Assembly (NCBI GenBank): GCA_964035545.1
Contig: OZ037767.1
Coordinates: 4,728,707-4,792,706, forward strand
Direction: 5' to 3'
Length of the DNA: 64,000 bases
Origin: Bugula neritina
Taxonomy: Eukaryota; Animalia; Bryozoa
Part shown: positions 61,801 through 64,000 of the stretch, piece after piece
Numbering within the stretch: the stretch's first letter is position 1
How the letters are laid out: every line of letters begins with the position of its first letter
Made by a program: the position numbers and the translations under genes
Notes under the pieces: model-generated
Told to the model about the DNA's origin: nothing
Seen by the model: the letters and a program-made list of their open reading frames with translations, nothing else
The model's database searches: none

Positions 61801-64000
61801 CACTTGTATAATATATACGGCAGCAGTCCCTTATGTGAGAAGATAACTTTAAATTGTGAAACGCTTATTAGGTTTACTAGCACAACTGTACTATACTTAT
61901 TAATACTTATGCAATCTGTATTATACAATATATTATAATATACTTATATTGAAACTCATATAATCTATGCTATAAATATATACCAGTTATATCATTTACC
62001 ATGTATGGTAGGGTACTTGTGTTAAACTTATATTATTACCTATGCAACCTATTGTAGTTTAGAACATTCCTAAGGTCAGTAACAAAAATATGGATGATTA
62101 TCCTTAGAGCATTTGAAGAGTTCATTATCAGCTAAATTAAGACAGTTTAAAAAATATCCCTCATACTTTAATGCAATTCTTTAGCTGGTAAAAGAACAGT
62201 TACCACCTATACCATGTACATGTATAATGTATAATGTAACAAGATAAAATATAAGGAGGTAGTGTTTGCTTTCACAGGAAATGTGAACTGGACACACTAT
62301 GTTTGTTTGTCAACTGCATAATAAACAAGTGCCATTTTCATTAATGAAGTAATTTTCTAATAATGAGTTCAATAAACAACATGTTAGCTGTGATGCACAC
62401 TATATATTATTAACTAGGTTATAGCCGACACGTAAACACACCATCTATGGTGTGTAGGCATCATCTATGTAATATATTCACTCCAGAGGATTGTATCAGT
62501 AAATTACTTGATGTCTACTCCCACACATGCCGCCTCTATATATCTGTGAGTGCAGTTTCGGCAGCACATTACATGTGATGATGTCACAGTATTTATCAGA
62601 TTGCTATTGTGTGCTGCCTAAATGTAACTGACAGCAATTATTGTATGAGAGTGATCTCATTGCTAGATGTAGCTTATCATGTTGTTGAGGATAACACACA
62701 ACAATTTAGAAGTCATTGTTTTTATATTAATTTTGCATCACATACACACGCTAGGCCTATAGACTTTTCTGAAATTGTTAGACTAGTTTTCAAGGCTGCC
62801 TAACAAAATAAATATACGTTTTTACTTCAGCTTCAGATGTTGTTATGAAGTAAAATAATCCTAGCTAAAGAAGTTATACTCTCATGAGAATACATGAATA
62901 AAAAGCATAAATTATGATTTACAAGTTGATCAGCTACTTGACCAGTATTTCAAAAGCTAAATTTTATTAAAAGCAGTCAATTTGGTTTTTTAAATACATT
63001 TTTGTTAGGGTTAGAGTTATGATGTCACAACTGAAGCATCACTGCTTTTTTGGTAGATGAACATTTGTTAAGGAGTCAATATAAGCTCTAATCTATACAT
63101 TACAAAACAGCATAAGAAGAACAGCTGCATGGATAGTGGCACTCCAAAATAATCAGTAATTGAACTTGTAATATTATTTAAGACTGAAGTAATAATAATA
63201 AATCAATAATAATTAGTAGTGTTGAAATAATAATAATTAATATAGTGTTGAAGTACAATTTCAAATATTTATAGTTGAAGAAGTTTAAATCTGTAAATAC
63301 TTTCCAATATTTCCCCACAACAACTCCCCAGTGAACAATTTACTTACTGATCTTTATTATAATATATTAATTGGGTTTGAGAATGAACTTGCCGTCATTC
63401 GAACAATTCCACACGTATGATTATATTCGCTTTTATGAATATTATAGAGTTGCGTAACAGTTATTAGGGTATGCACTTCTTTTTTTAAAAAATCATGCAC
63501 AAAGTAAGATGAAAAATAGCATTTAAAATAATAGATTACTAAGGCTAAATACTATTACAAAACTGTTTTGACCAGCTATATAACAAAAATAAATTGGTTG
63601 TAAAGAGCTTTAAAAAAATTAGTTTGGCAAATTTTGATTAATAGGAAAATGGTTTTCATATAACGTTTTTATCAATTATTGATGGCTTATGCAACATTTT
63701 CTTATAGAGTAAAGGTTTACAGCTTCATTTATTATGTATTTCATAATGCTAAGTGACTTTTTTCAATTATTTGTGAATTATGTAATAATATGATCAACTT
63801 CAAATAGTTTTAAACTCACTAAAGGCATGTCTACTTTGGACCCATACATACACACACTCATTGATTAACATCATAAAAACTATAAATAGTTTCTTCAGTA
63901 CTTACCATTGTAACCTCCGCCACCACCACCAGCGGTACAGCCACCACCACCTCCGCCGAATCCTCCATGAGTCTCAAACTGATCTCGATATTTGCCACAA
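55891..64000 (-). CDS. ALK/LTK-like receptor tyrosine kinase, 3' part (gene enters from the right edge)
   Basis: Exon 64000-63906 GGFGGGGGGCTAGGGGGGYNG (ALK/LTK glycine-rich domain); EGF-like exon ~61786-61510; TM exon ~61100-61012 (VIYGIFGGVVVVLMMVVLMW). Kinase exons: [66 protein letters not shown], CW...RPSF. The terminal exon is uncertain (55891 or 56323). Confidence 0.85.
58250..58650. repeat. Degenerate AT-rich ~30-bp tandem repeat
   Basis: Recurrent ATATTAC(C/T)TGTATATATAATATATTG units in a kinase intron. Confidence 0.7.

Overview
AT-rich, intron-dense animal (probably invertebrate) genomic DNA. It carries six spliced host genes, reconstructed by hand from GT-AG boundaries: the 5' part of a DNAH14/DNAH6-type dynein heavy chain (-), a complete BSX homeobox gene with an eh1 motif (-), a C7orf50-like WKF/DUF2373 gene (+), a type I membrane protein with signal peptide-WSC-WSC-Sushi-TM architecture (-), LRRC9 (-), and the 3' part of an ALK/LTK-like receptor tyrosine kinase (-). 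The stand-out element is a very young, full-length Ty3/Gypsy LTR retrotransposon (23509-30956) inside an intron of the WSC/Sushi gene. It has LTRs that are identical by eye, a GTAT target-site duplication, a tRNA-Leu primer-binding site and a -1 frameshift signal. In the env position it carries a third ORF that looks nothing like env: acidic N-terminus, two zinc fingers, a PxVxL motif, a basic NLS-like patch and a C-terminal coiled coil. This ORF is a candidate element-encoded chromatin or transcription regulator. Several MITE-like inverted-repeat elements, tRNA-derived elements and minisatellites sit in introns. No database searches were run, so family calls rest on recognised motifs and exon coordinates are manual.
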